Assembly: GCF_009914755.1 (NCBI RefSeq)
Contig: NC_060947.1
Length of the DNA stretch: 64,000 bases
Origin: the human T2T-CHM13v2.0 reference genome, Homo sapiens
Direction: 5' to 3' (one strand)
Below the pieces are notes generated by a model. It made no database searches, was not told the DNA's origin, and was given only the letters and a program-made list of their open reading frames with translations. Every line of letters starts with the position of its first letter. Positions within the stretch are counted from its first letter, which is position 1. Made by a program: the position numbers and the translations under genes. Below, piece after piece: positions 25,095 through 39,023 of this stretch.

Positions 25095-25617
25095 CCCTAA
25101 CATTGGTCACTACCTCAATCTCAGTCTGAATGCTCTAAGATCTTCTTATGCACATAGAAGTTCTGACTTTAGAGAGTATGGAGATATCTTGCAATAGAAA
25201 TTCTATTTAACTTCTCTTCTAATTAATCAAAAAGCTCTGTCAGTACTTTTCTATCCATTGTTAATAAGTGTTCTCAGTCCTACAAGATTCTGTCCTTGAA
25301 ACTCTGTACAATGAAACCTTTTATTTCTGCTTTACCTGGAAACCAAGACACTCACTCTGTTTGCTTTGTGTTTCTTCTTAGAAATCCCTCTGCAGCTCCA
25401 TTTTCCCAGATATAACAACAACATCCAACTCTAAAAATGAACCTTGCACACAAATCACTGTAGCATTAAGATGTATGCACCCTTTTTACTACTCTCATCC
25501 CCACAGGATCCTGCTTCTCTTAATCTTTTACCAACAATCCTATTGTCTCTGTGTATGGTATTCCCAGTGTCAGACCCTCTTCTTTATTATCCTTGTAGTT
25601 CATGTTAACCATACTGG

Positions 25618-25872
25618 AGAGGCAGTGTGGTCTGATGGTTACAGCTTCCATTTATAATGCTTAAATTACTTACATTCAAATCATATTCTTACCACTTAAA
25701 CTGTGTTCCCTTGGGAACGTTATTGAATCTCCGTGTCTCATTTTGTCACCTGTAAAAATGTGGATGGTAATAATGCCTAGTTTCACATGGTGGTTATGAG
25801 GTATGAGGATTAAAATAGTTATTATTTGTATATAACTTTATGTGATGCTTAGTACACAGAAGGTAAGTAAAT
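25618..25872 (+). mobile_element. MIR
   Basis: GAGGCAGTGTGG...CACCTGTAAAAATGTGGATGGTAATAATGCCTA...TGAGGATTAAA. Confidence 0.8.
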
Positions 25873-26294
25873 GTATGGTGGAAAAGCTATAAATTATTTT
25901 AGTTCTCCCTAGACCTAAAATACTCTATCCTTCAATATTTCAGGAAAGGCGATTTTATCCTCAATGTTGCTCAGTTGAAATACTTTTTTCTTACTTCCTG
26001 CTCCTTAATCTACCGCAGTATTGCTTCTACCACTAAGCTCCCCACTTTTTCAAGGTCACCGTCAAATGTCAAAACTATCGTCCTCTTTTCTGTGACCATT
26101 TTCTTTCAATGCATTTTTAAACAGGTTGAACACTCTATCTTTGCAAATGCTGTACAAGCTTAGATTCATCTTTTCTTTATCAATTTACAATATTCCATTT
26201 CCTTAAACAGTATTTATTCTCCTTGAAAAATGAGCTTGTGCCAAACACCAAAGAAAAACACCTGAAAGGCAAAATAAAATACCTTGAAAGTATT

Positions 26295-28691
26295 TGTGTT
26301 AGGCCTTTTTTGTGTTGCTATAATTACCTGCGTTTGAGTCATTTATAAAGAAAAGAGGGTTAATTCATTCATGGCTCTGCAGGCTGTACAGGAAGCATGG
26401 CACCGGCATCTGTTCAACTTCTGTGGAGGCCTCAGGGAGCTTACAATCATGGCAAAAGACAGAAGAGGGATCACTGTATCACATGGTGAGAGCAGGAGCA
26501 AGGTGGGAGGTGCTACACATCTTTAAACAACCGTATCTCATGAGAATCCACTCATTATCAATATTAAAGCACTAAGCCATGAGGGATCTGCCTCCAATGA
26601 CCCAAACACCTCCCACCAAGCTCACTTCCAACATTGGGGATTACATTTGAACATGAGATTTGTGTGGGACAAATACCCAAACCATATCATTCTGCCTCTG
26701 GCCCCTCAAATCTCATGTTCTTCTCACATTTCAAAATACAATCATCCTTTCTCAATAGTCCCCCAAAGTCTTAACTCATTCCAGCATTAACTCAAAAGTC
26801 CCAAGTCCAAAGTCCAAGTCAAAAGTCTCATCAGGAGATAAGTTTACTCCACCTATGAATCTGTAAAATCAGAATAAATTATTTACCTCCAAGGTACAAT
26901 GGGGGTACCTGCCTTGGGTAAACATTCCCATTCAAAGATGAAAGAAATTGGCCAAAAAAAAAGCAAAAATCCCCAAGCAAGTTTGAAACACACCAGGGCC
27001 ATCAGTAAGTATTAAAGCTGCAAAATAATCTTCTGACTCCATATCTCATATCCAGGACACACTAGTGTAAGGGGTGATGTCCCAAGGCCTTGGGCAGCTC
27101 CACTCCTGTGGCTTTGCAGGCTACAGCCCCCACAGCTGCTTTCAGGGGTTCGAATTGAGTGGCGCTGCAGCATTTCCAGGCTCGGGGTACAAGTTGCTAG
27201 TGGATCTACCATTCTGGATTCTGGAGGATGGTGTCCCATTTCCCTCAGTAGGCAGTGCCCCAGTGGGAAGTCTATGTGGGGGCCTTCAACACCAACATTT
27301 CCCCTCTGCACTGCCCTAGCAGAGTTTCTTTGTGAGGGCTCCACCTTTGCAGCAAACTTCTGCCTGGGCACATAAGCATTCTCATACATCCTCTAAAATG
27401 TAGGTGAGGCTGCCAAGCCTCCTTCAGTCTTGCACACTGCATGCCTACAAGTTTAACACGACATGGAATCTACCAAGACTTACAGCTTGCACACTCTGAA
27501 GCAGCAGCCATAGCAGTATCTGGGGCCCTTTGAGAGAAAGTTATATCCAGCATGGCCAGGGTGAGAGGAACAGCCTCCTGGAGTGGCACAAAGCAGTAAT
27601 GCCCTAGCCCTGGCCAGGAAACCATTTTTTTCCTCCTAAGCTTCCAGGTCTGTGATAGGAGGAATAGCTTGGAAGTCTTCTGAAATGCCTTTCAGGCCTT
27701 TTGTCCACTACCTTGGTTATCAGCACATTTTTCCTTTTAGTCATACAAATCTAACAAGTGGTTGCTCCACAGCCTGCTTGGATTATTCTCCTGAAAATGG
27801 GCTGTCCTTTTTTCCCACATGGCCAGGCTGCAAGTTTTTCAAACTCTTACACTCTGCTTTCCCTTTAAATATAAGTTCCAACTTTAAGTCATTTTTTGCT
27901 CCCATGTGTTAGTATAGGTGGTTAGAAGCAGCCAGGCCAACTCTTGAATGCTTTGATGCTTAGAAAATTCTTCTGCCATATACCTTAAGTCATCACTCTG
28001 AAGTTCAAACATCCATAGATCCTTAGGGCATGAACACAATACAGCCAAGTTCTTTGCTAAGGCATAACAAGAGTGATCTTTGCTCTGGTTCCAAATAAGT
28101 TCCTCCTTTCCACCTGAAACCTTATCAGCCTGGACTTCCCTGTCCGTGTCCCTATCAGCATTTTGGATACAACCATTTAACCACTCTCTAAGAAGTTCTA
28201 AACTCTCCCTCATTTTCCTGTCTTCTTCTCAGCCCTCTAAACTATTCCAGCCTCTGCCTGTTACCCAATTGCAAAGTCACTTCCACATTTTCAGTTATCT
28301 TTATAGCAAGGCTCTAATCTTCTGTACTAATATTCTGTTTTACACTGTTCTTGCATTGCCATTAAGAAATACATGAGGCTGGGTAATTTATCAAGATGTT
28401 TAATTATCTCACAGTTCTGCAGGCCGTATAGGAATCACGTCACTGGCATCTGCTCTGCTTCTGGGAAGGGCCTTAGGAGGCTTACAATCATGGCAGAAGG
28501 CAAAGCAAGAGCCAATATATCACATGGTGAGACTAGGACAAGAGTAGGAGGAGGTGCCACACACTTTTAAACAACCAAGCCATGAGGGATCCATCCCATG
28601 ACCCAAACACCTCCCACGAAGCCCAACTGCCAACAATGGGGATTACATTTTCACATGAGATTTGGGCACAATGAATATCCAAATGATATCA
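26295..28691 (-). mobile_element. Two-LTR MaLR provirus (MSTA/MSTB-like): LTR 26295-26689, internal 26690-28335, LTR 28336-28691
   Basis: Two homologous TG...CA LTRs flank ~1.65 kb of MST-int-like sequence. TSD GTATT/GTCTT. Confidence 0.92.
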
Positions 28692-29549
28692 GTCTTATAA
28701 TCCTAAAATAAATAATATATCAAATAACATAAAGACTACTGAAATACATATGTGCCCCAGGAAATCTAATCATTTTGCATTTCTTCACACTAGTATTTCT
28801 TCAGAAGGGAAGGTCTAGGTATTAGGTGAAAGATCAGACAAGGCTCTTCATGGCATGGATTAAGCTTCGTCTACTCTGGCTCCAAACTTGTATACCTCCC
28901 AGATCCAAGCAAAAGTCATACAGTTAATTGGGTCAATTCTACTTAAAAGGAAGTTTTGTGGCCATGTTTTAGTATCGGAGCATGATCTTTGGGGGGCTCA
29001 CCATTCTAGATCCAACCTAATTGCCACAGTGAAATATCTATTTCCCCAAAATTGCACTCTTCCTGAAAGATACTTAGATAAATATTATGTCCTAAGCTTC
29101 ATTATATTCCTACTGATATTCTAAAATACCATATATATTGGCAGCTAGGGAGGTACCTAGATGGTTTACCCTATTTGTTTGGCTCAGATATATTTTAGTC
29201 ATTTTATTAAATGGTTAACAATTTGGAATATTTCTCATAGGAACAAATATTGTTTTACAATATAATTTTCAATGGATGAAAAGTAGCCGGTGGTATCAAG
29301 GTGTCATAATGTACTTAAAGAAACCCGTAATATTAGCATTTACACATTTTCTATATCTTGATAGTATTCACAAATACATTCTACTACTTATATATCACTG
29401 TCAATAAGTATTTGCACACTGGATTATTTCATTTGGAGGAATCCTTAGAAGTAAACTTGATAATTCAGTTAATATGAATATTTCAAGGCATCTCGTAGAT
29501 ACTATCCTCCCCTGAAAATGTTTGGGGGAAGACTTTCACTGGAAAATAG

Positions 29550-30100
29550 AGCCTGAGACCATGGTGCAAGTGTGTATTTGGTGTATTCCAGGAAGGACGA
29601 GGTGGCTACTGTGGCTGCAACTGAGTGAGCGAAAGAGAAGAGGAGAAAGTGAAGTTATAAAGATAGCATGTCACCAGATGGTTGGGGCGAGGTGGGGAGG
29701 AGGGGTCTGTTGCAGGCCATTTTAAGAACTTTGACTCCGAATGAGACAGAGAGCCAATGGAATGTTTGAGCAGAGAATAGATGCAATATAACATCTTTAA
29801 CAAGGCTCATTAGGATGAGAAGAGCCATTGCCAAGCTCAAAACCAAGAAGAAATGGTGGATACTTGGAGCACAGTGATAGCAATAGGTGAAAAACCTAAA
29901 ATTTATTTGTATTTAAATGTATTTTAAGGGTGGAACTGAAAAGAATTGTTAGTTGAGTGAATATAGGGTGCAAAAGAAAGAGAAGAGTCAGAGATGACTA
30001 AGCACGATAGCCTGATGAGCAGAAAGGATGTCATAGTCACTGAGTGAGATTGGGGAGACTAGAAGAGAAGAAAATATTTTGAGATGGAAATTGAAACTAG
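29550..30100 (-). mobile_element. L2 fragment
   Basis: GCAGGCCATTTTAAGAACTTTGACT, AAGAGAAGAGTCAGAGATGAC. Confidence 0.75.
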
Positions 30101-30299
30101 CTTAAATCCAAGACACGAAAGTAAAGAAAAGGTCATACACTGATAACTGAGCACTGGGTCACTCAACTGAATAACTGTGTTAAAGGAGATGACATGCATA
30201 ACAACCTGTGTTAATTATTTTCTCAACATATCGGACATATTATTCTTTGTGATATAAAAATGTGCATGCTATCCTGGCTATATCAGGTAGTAAAAATTT

Positions 30300-30463
30300 A
30301 ATCTGAGACGTCATTTTATGTCTTTGAGCCTCAGTTTTCTCAGCTATAAAATAGAGAAAACAAAACCAATGTTATTCAGTTGCAAAGATCAAATAAAGTG
30401 ATGCATGAAAGGTGCCTAGCACAATGTGTGCCACACTGTTAAGTTCCAACAAATGTTAGTTCC
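30300..30463 (+). mobile_element. MIR
   Basis: CTTTGAGCCTCAGTTTTCTCAGCTATAAAATAG...CCTAGCACAATG. Confidence 0.8.
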
Positions 30464-33046
30464 TTCATTTTTCTTTCTAAATTGTAAATCCCTTTTGAAT
30501 AGAAACTTTGTCTCTGTAGCCATCACAGCATGTATTATGTTACCTTATATACGATATGTGTAGAATATTTATTAATTTAAATGAAATAACTACTTAATAA
30601 GCACTTGTTTTTAACCCCCATGAATGGTGATTCCAAATCATATGTGTAATTGTCAGGTAAGGTTAATTACATATATAATTATTTGTACCTATTATTGATA
30701 TCATTTATCTCTAGCCAACTGGTGCTTTACAGATAAAGTCTATTTTGCTGAAAACTAGTTTCAATGCCTGTATTTTTTATTTTTAATTTCTAGTATGAAT
30801 GCATTTATATATTGCATTTTCTACATACCCCTTTCAATTCCTCCATCGAAACCGAGGGACTCATTGTCCTTTTTTTCACCAGGCCTAGGAAGAATTAATT
30901 AAATTTTGTTTCTCCTCAGAAAAGGGGACTATGTCTGAGAAATCTGCTCTGCAATTTGGGTAGTAGTTACAGGAGTGTGCATGCCTTCTAACCTCCTACC
31001 TTCGAGATAAGAAACTTCTGCTGAATGCCATGACTCTCAGGTACAGTTGCTTGGACTGAACTGCAATATTCAACATTGGCATAGGGATGGTTGGTGTCAG
31101 AAGGGCTAGCTGTGAACACGTGAACTCAGCTCTTTTCTAACTCCAGGAGCCTCTATTGCTCTATCGCCCATAAAGGAGAAGCAGCTTGAGGTTTTTCATG
31201 AACTCTCCAAAGTTTTCCAGGCAATTGCCTAATTCTTACTTTCCATTGAGTGAGAGAGTCAGAAGAAATTGATTTTCATCCGATTGGAAACAGTCAAGAT
31301 AATAGGATTCATGTTCCATACATCACCAGTCTAAGTTGCCAAAATATGCAAGTTTCAGACTGCTGTGTGAAACTGAAACTCATCATAAACATAGTTCAGA
31401 TTGGGCTCCCTGATTGCAGTTGAAACATCCTAAATGATAGCAGTTTCCTCTTGTTTACCTTTTAGCAATTGCGCCCAATCACAAGGAGACATCTAATCAG
31501 CTAATTGACCAAATTCAGAAATAGATCATGGAAATATTTCCAAATAAATTAGTACTTATCTTTTCTTTTAAGATCTTCAGAGAAGAAAATTCTCGACCTT
31601 CTTCACCTTACGGTAGAACTGAGTGAACTTCATCATCAATAAATGCTTCCTTATTTCCAACTTAACTCTCAGTTGGTGGTTTCTGGTTTTTTGTTCTCTT
31701 CTTTTTGGACCACACAAACCTTTATTTTGCAAAGACTTAAAAGTTCCACATTAAATTAATCATAGTTGAAACTTAGGTATAGAACTGTGCTTACAAAAAT
31801 ATTATCAATGTCTTGTAAGCAAATAATTTTTTTATATTAACCAAATATAACAAGCAAAAACCTCAAAATGATTACTTTTGTATATCTAAATTCAGTTATA
31901 AACCTCAGTATAAAATAAAGCAACTTTCTTTTTATTTGAATTAATGAATTGAACATTAAATGTATTTATATATTTATTTATTTAGATTTTCTCTTTTTCT
32001 AAAAATAATTTTAGGTGGCTAGGAATTAAATTTAGGCTGTTGCTATTTAAAATGTAATACAAATAAAGTCAGAATCTAGTGTAAGTGTATGTCAAATAGA
32101 TTACATAAAATTAATAAAGAGCAAATAATATAGTACAATCTGAAAAAAGTAAAACATAAAATAATTGATTTGACAAGCAAAATATTACAGATGGGGCCAC
32201 TGATTAAACACGGGTGAAATAGCCAAACAGATGAGCATGGATACCAAAGGGTCACAATTAAATTGGATAATAAAGTACATATTAGAATTCTCTTGGCTTG
32301 TCTCAATTTTGAGGCATATTTATTAAATTATAAGAGACTACAGTTTAAGACATTTGCAATTTAGTGTTAAGCATTTTTTTTAGTATATCATTTTGGTCAA
32401 CCTTTAAGTCAGTGTGGCCATGTGAAGATACAAATCTAAAATGCCTGGCTTTAAATTATCACCTAGGGAATGTGAAGTTCATGGAAATGAGCAGGGTGCC
32501 ATTCATTAGCATGTCAAAGATGCTTCTTCAACAGGATGCCATTAAATTATTGTGGTGATAATTGAGACACTAAAAAGAGACAGATGCTGGGTCTGTAGTT
32601 CCTAAGATCTTATAACCCATTAGCAATTAAATTTCAATGAGCTAACATAATTTCAGTCTCACTAAATTAACAACTGGGGATATTTTTTTTGAAGCTGTAT
32701 TTTTCCAGACCAGTTTTGGCTGAGTTGTAAAGGAAATCAAGACACCAGTGTAGTATAGGAATCAGGACACAGAGCACGCAGGTATAGGGATGTGGCCTAC
32801 TCTCAGGCCTGGAGTTTGGGTGGCAGCCAACCAAGGCAGGACTGGAAGTGGCAGTCCAATTATATCAGAGTGTCCTGATGGTCATTGCAGTTGTGAAGAA
32901 CAAAAATGTATGGGCAGAAGGTCAGATTCTTCCAGGAAGACATATAACTGTTTTCTCTCTCTAGGTGAGGAAGATAACCTCAGAGACTCTGGGGATCAGT
33001 GATTCACCGGAAAACAGGAAGGCAACACAATTCCAATATGACTGGT

Positions 33047-33449
33047 CTATATTAGGATAGATGAGTCTATGCTGTGGTAACAAATTAATCCAAAAATAGT
33101 ACTAGTTTAATGCCACAGCGTTATATTTTTTGGTCTCTCTAATCTTAATGGAGGAAAGGTAAATTAAAGCAGTTGTCCTCCATGCAGTGACTCAAGTATC
33201 CAGACATATTTGATCTCAATAATGTTATAATCTCAACATGTAGATTAAAGTCTCCAGAGCAGGGGAAGAGAAAGTAAAGTGAGAGCTTGCAATAAAGATT
33301 CTTAATAGGCATGGAAAGGATCACACATTATTTCTACTGATATCCTAGAGCCTAGAAAGACCTACATGGCCCCTGCCTAACTACAATAAAGCTAGAATAT
33401 ATGGAGGAGCACATGTGTATTCGTAAGCAGTAGATATCTCTGACAGCAG
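33047..33449 (-). mobile_element. MLT1J/K-like LTR
   Basis: TATGCTGTGGTAACAAAT, CCATGCAGTGACTCAAG, ACATGGCCCCTGCCTAACTACAA. Confidence 0.7.
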
Positions 33450-33795
33450 ATCCAATCTGAAATAGGGGGAGATCAGCACAAGCACGATAATGTTGGTAAA
33501 AATTGAAGATATGATCAGATACACAAAGTCAGATTTTCGTGGGTTCAGAAAATCTAGTGGAAGGCTTAGGGACCAGTGGGGCTAAACCATTTCTGTGAAG
33601 AGAAAGTGGTGGGGAATAAGGAACAGAATCCAAATTCAGTAGTTTGGTAACAGGAGTTTGGAAAGGCAATAGAGTAGAAAGAATGCGAACTCCAGAATTA
33701 CGTAGGTATTAGGTTATATCCTAGTTCTACCATTTACTTACTAGAATAACTTGGCATGTTACACAATGTCTCTGAGGCTGAATTTTCTTTTGTAT

Positions 33796-34177
33796 TATCA
33801 TGAGCTGACTTGTGTCCCTTTAAAATTCATATGTCGAAGTCATAACCCCTATTATTTTCAAATATGACTCTATTTGGAGACAGGACTTTCAAAGAGATAA
33901 TTAAGGTAAAATGAGTTCATAAGGATGGGCCCTAATCCAATATGACTGATAGAAGAGAAGATCAGAAGACAGACGCAAATAGAGGAAAGACCATGTGAAG
34001 ACACTGGAAGAAGCTAGCCATCTACAAGCCAAGGGGAGAGGCCTTAATAAGAAACCAACTATGCTCACACCTTGATCTTGGCCTTCTAGCCTCCAGAACT
34101 GTTAAGAAATAAAGTTTTGTTGTTTAGGCCACCCAGTCTGTGGTATCTTGTTATGGCAACTCTAGCAAACTAATTCA
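33796..34177 (+). mobile_element. MLT1B-like solo LTR inserted in a MIR (~33660-34260)
   Basis: GGCCCTAATCCAATATGACTG, CCTCCAGAACTGT, ends CTAGCAAACTAATTCA. TSD TGTAT/TGTGT. Confidence 0.9.
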
Positions 34178-34395
34178 TGTGTCAAAATGTAACAACACTA
34201 ATACTTGTCCAATATATTTACTTTTTTGTAAAAGCAGGAATATGCTGTACAATGTTGTATTCAAGCTAATCATTTTGTTGTGTTTTTTTTAAGATGTATT
34301 GCTCTTTAAAGATGGCAATGTTATATCATTTCTCACTGAATTTGCAGTGTTTCACGTAAGGCTTAGGCATTTATAGGTGTTATGATATAGTCTGT

Positions 34396-34531
34396 GGAAA
34401 GAAGAAAGGGAAGAAGGAAGGAAGGAGGGAAGGGAAGGGAAGGGAAGGAAGGGAAGGGAAGGGGAGGGGAGGGGAGGGGAGGGGAGGGGAGGGGAGGGGA
34501 GGGGAGGGGAGGGGAGGGGAAAGAAAGGGAA
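34396..34531. repeat. Pure purine tract with (GGGGA)12 at 34461-34520
   Basis: Direct reading: GAAG units grade into GGGAA and then GGGGA units. Confidence 0.97.
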
Positions 34532-35969
34532 CAAACAAACTCATGATACCCAGAAAATCTTATTAACTGAGATGCAGAGAGAATAAGTAACGAAGGTTAA
34601 AACTCAGGTAGAGTCTTGGCAGAAAATTTAAGACATCAACCAAAATGGCTATGAACACTAAGCCATCTTTACCAAAGCAAATGTTTCTAATATGCTTCAT
34701 GCTAAGAGCTGGAATCAGAGTTAAGGTAAGAGACAGTCATCATATCTGTCTACAGTAGAGGCATGCAGGTGTGGGAATTCAGACAAGTACCGAAAACACC
34801 AAAAAACATTTACTTTACTGTCTAAAGACCTTGTGAAATATTCAATAACCTCATCATGAAATTTTATTGTGTTTCAAATGATGACAATGCACTTAGCATC
34901 TTAGATGATGGATTTCAATGTGCGGGAGCCTCTTCTCTGAGGACATCTGAGGCATAAATAATGATTCAATATAGCCAATATTTACTCAGCACCTTCCTGT
35001 ACAAGGCACTCTGCTCAAATATAAACGCAATAGAAAGGTGACTAAAACCCAGTTCTGGTCCCCAGAGCTTGCAAAACTGTGCTATTTTGGAAATGACTCC
35101 TATTTTCACATCCAAATAAGCAATATATCGGCAAATACACACCTGTGTTTGTAGAGTTACATAAAAATAAATAGCAGCACAGCCAGGCAGGAAAATAACA
35201 ATTACATCTCAAATAATCCCCCTGAAGCCTAAAATAATTTATTTGCATTTTTTTCAGAGAAGGAAATTGAAGTTAAAATGCACACAAGCACTTAGCAAAT
35301 GTCTATTGACTGGAAGAGAATCAATTCTTGTTACGACCGACAGCAAATACCTTCAGGTTAGCTAGTAGAGGAGGGTCAACAATGCAGCCTCTGATAGAAA
35401 ACAAAACAAAACAAAAATTTTTTTTTAGATTTTCAACATGCCTAAGGTCAGATTATGACCTAAGGATCTGTGACTTTTTCTTACAGAAGTGATTAACTAT
35501 GTAAATCTGTAATTCCAAACCTTCCCAAGAGAACCTTCAGAATGTTTGAAAATATGCCGCTTCAATGTATTTGAAGTGCCTTATCTGTCATTGCTCCTTA
35601 TTGTATATTTCCATTGAAAGAACTAGTGTGCGTGTTTGTGTGGGCACGGTGAGGTCAGCATAAAATCGTGAGGCAGTAATCTAATGTTGTTTCTCACCCT
35701 AAAATTACTTTCATTCCTACCCTTATCCCTCGTTCTGGACTGCAGGGAAGCAGAATGTTTTCCAGGTATCTGAGAGCATGTGGACAGCACTTTGAGCCAG
35801 CAGTCCTAGAGAAGCTCTACAGTCACAATGAAGAGGGCACAGGGTAAACTGTGCCAGCTGATGCAGGAAAGCAAGGGAAACAATGAGGACATCTATGCAG
35901 AAATCTAGAAATTACAACCTAGTTTAGGCTTGAGCAGACATGACTGCTACTAGAGTTGAGATGAGAATG

Positions 35970-36200
35970 ATAATAGTAGTGAGCACACATGTAAGTGCCT
36001 GGCACGTGCCAGGTACCATGTAACATAATTTACATAAGCTATCTACAATTCCCACACATTCTTCATAGGAATTCATGTTGTTATGCACATTTTATATTGT
36101 TAAACTGAATCTCAAAATAAATTCCAAAAGATCACAAAGCCAGGAAGTGCAAACCACAGAATTTGTATCGAGGTTGGTGTGATTCTTAATCTTCTACAGC
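35970..36200 (-). mobile_element. MIR
   Basis: CACGTGCCAGGTACC...CACATTTTATATTGTTAAACTGAATCTCA...AAGATCACAAAGC. Confidence 0.7.
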
Positions 36201-36259
36201 ACTCCATTCCAAAAGCAAGAACGAAACAACAGACAACAGTGAAACCACATTCTCAGCCT

Positions 36260-36490
36260 CAGTTGTTATAGCAAATCATTGTGTCACAATTAATTCTGAC
36301 GTTCATCTCAAACAGCGCTGACAAATGTTTTAAAATGTCCTCATGTGCATCATTTGCTTATTTCTGTTGTGCAGATACTCTTCCCATGATCAATTATGGG
36401 CTACTTATGTGAAGCTTCTGAAGGTGCAGCTCGGAAGAGACGTTTACAACTGGCTCTGCTGAGTTGTACAGGCCAATTTCAGCACACTCC
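36260..36490. mobile_element. MER63-like hAT-Blackjack fragment
   Basis: GATACTCTTCCCA...GGAAGAGA...CTGGCTCT...CAGCACAC resembles the MER63 end. Confidence 0.55.
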
Positions 36491-37759
36491 GAAAAGCACT
36501 AGTTTTTGAAGCTGCAGCATTGAAGTTTGGAGAATGGCTTCCACTTTTACGTTCATTAGAATGGACTCAGGATTATCCCTAAAATATCAGCACGATTATT
36601 GCACTTGCAGTTGAACTTGTTTCCTTCACTAGGAGCATCTGTCTTCTATGCAAGTATCATTTTAATCTGTTTGTATATAAAATATGCATGTGTATAATGT
36701 GCCTATATATGTGTGTGTGTATAATATAAAACAAAAAGCCCGAAACTGAACTTAATTCTGTAAATCACCAAAAGCTGGCATTCTTATGAAACAGATTGTT
36801 GAAACCTTCATGTTTTCATGTGCTGCTCAGTAATCTAACTGCATTTGAATCAACTGGGGTTTTGTTGAAACATAGGGTCCCATCCACAAGAAAATGATCT
36901 GAAAATGAGAACATGAGAATGCAGTAAAGCAGCATTATGCAACTGTCCAGGAGGGGAGTTAAATGAGAGGTTTGATCAGCCTACTGCCCCATTATCAAGA
37001 GCTGTGCCAGATAACTATCAGTTCAGTCACACAGGAACTTGGCTTAGTATGGACTTAGCATCCTCAAGAGCCAATCTCCTATAAGAGTTTACACCACCCT
37101 GTTCTAAGAGACTCAGCACATATCCAGCTCTGCTGTAAAGGTATCTCAAGCAAATGCTTCTGAGACACTTGCAAGCTCACAAAGAAATTGTGGATATCTA
37201 GAATTACAATGGCAAAGGATTCTCACACTTACATTAGCATAACTAGGGATGAATGAGGCCTGTTAGAGTACCCTGAAGTGGAACAATGAAAATATATTTT
37301 CCAGTTACACACATAGATATAAGCATACATTAACATGTAAATAAAAATGGTCCATGAAAAATGGAATTTGGAGATGCTGCATTAAGTCTTCAAAATGAAT
37401 TATGAAAGAACTTATCAGATCATTTATTATTATAATAAGTTCTGAATCTCCAAAAATAGGACAGGATGTGTGGTATTCCTGAAACATATTTCACCAGATA
37501 ATCTTTTGTGTGTGTGTGCAGCTAAGATTAAATTTAGTGGTTTGGGATATGCTGGAATAAGGACATCTCCAGATATTTAATTTTTTGTTATAATTACTTT
37601 AAGTGGAGAAGTTAAGGGTTTAGTACCCCATGTTGATCTACCTTCTCGGAGGGGAGAAACATATTTCTTTATCCGTGTCTGTATATCCTATCAGACAATG
37701 TAGCAGAATTTAAACTTCTTCTTTTTGTTAGTTATTTTATGTGTTTTGATAGATTATGA

Positions 37760-37981
37760 CAAGATTGGCAATTGTTTTAGGGTCACCTAGCAAATATTTT
37801 AGACTTTGTAGGCTACATATCGTCTTTGTTGCATCTATCTATCTATCTATCATCTACGTATCTTCTATCTACTTATTTTATAGCTCTTTAAAACTATCAA
37901 AAAATATTTTTAGCTCAACGACCAAACAAAAACAGTCTTTAGGCCATAGTTGACCCACAGGATGTAGCTTTTTGATCCCTG
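37760..37981. mobile_element. MER58 (C-like) hAT-Charlie MITE
   Basis: AAATATTTTAGACTTTGTAGGC...TTTTAGCTCA...CAAAAACAG...GATCCCTG. Confidence 0.75.
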
Positions 37982-38159
37982 ATCTAAGGTGACAGTTTCA
38001 AAGCACACTGAAGAATCAACATCAAACTGAAGTACAAGATCCAAGTGTTCTCAAAGAGGCTTTCCCCTCCTACTCACCCAAGATTTCCTGATATAAGAAT
38101 ATTACTCTCTCTAATGCCAGACCTATTTTTTTCTGTGCTTCTTAGAGTACACGGCACCT

Positions 38160-38663
38160 TGTGATTGCCAGCTTCCAAAATAGGCCCAATGATCCTCCGC
38201 CTTCGTGTATTTACAGCTTTGGGCTACTCACTCCCATTGTAACAACATTGTTTTAAGTGTGGAAGAAATTTGTGGCATCCAAATCTAGATTATAAAATAT
38301 TAAAAGATGTGATGTCCGCCTTACTTATACCCTCTTGCTTGGATCATGTGTTCTGAGGAAAGGCAGCCACCATATTGCGAGACACTCAACTGGCTCTATG
38401 GAGAGGTCCTCCTAATAAGAAACAGAGACCTTCTGCCTAGATCAAGCAAGGAACTGAGGCCTTCTGCTAACAGCCATTTGAGTAAGCCATCAATCATGCC
38501 TTCAGAGGATTGCATTCCATAGGACAGCTTGATTGCCAGAACTACTCAGCTAAGGCATTTGCAAATTCTGTACCCACAGAAACTGTGAGAAAATAAATAT
38601 TTGTTGTGTCTAAGATGTTAAGTTTTGGGGTAATTTGTTACATAGTAACAAATAACTAACACA
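38160..38663 (+). mobile_element. MLT1F-like solo LTR
   Basis: GGAACTGAGGCCTTCTGCTAACAGCCA, CCCACAGAAACTGTGAGA, ends AATAACTAACACA. Confidence 0.85.
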
Positions 38664-39023
38664 ATCTTTTAGCTCACCATTTTGACATAGTCAATTTGAT
38701 GTCAATAATTTTTTTTTGCAATCTACTATTTCTCATAGGCATTTTTATGTAGGTTCATTTTGACAAGTCTGTTTTGTTTCACATTCTAAAAAAATAACCA
38801 AATAATACATGAACTACACAATTCAAACACTCCTATTGCCAGCTCTTATCTAAATGGTCAGGGTTGGATGAGATAAGGGGTAGGCTGATGACAAGAGTTG
38901 ATGTGAGGCTCAGGAATAACTAGAGAGTAGAGTGAGGCTTAGGGATGGACAAGGGATGAGATATAGGTCAGAGATTGATAAGAAACTGGGATAAGTCTAT
39001 GTACATTCTCTAATAAGTTTTAA

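Noticed and set aside
27012-28376. Several 80-125-aa ORFs
   Set aside because: Decayed MST internal region, not a host gene.
31230-31620. Possible exons (minus-strand AAA|GTAAGA donor near 31240, plus-strand TTTTAAG acceptor near 31572)
   Set aside because: Minus-strand frames tested hit stops, and the plus-strand candidate lacks a good donor. A lncRNA exon cannot be excluded or shown from sequence alone.
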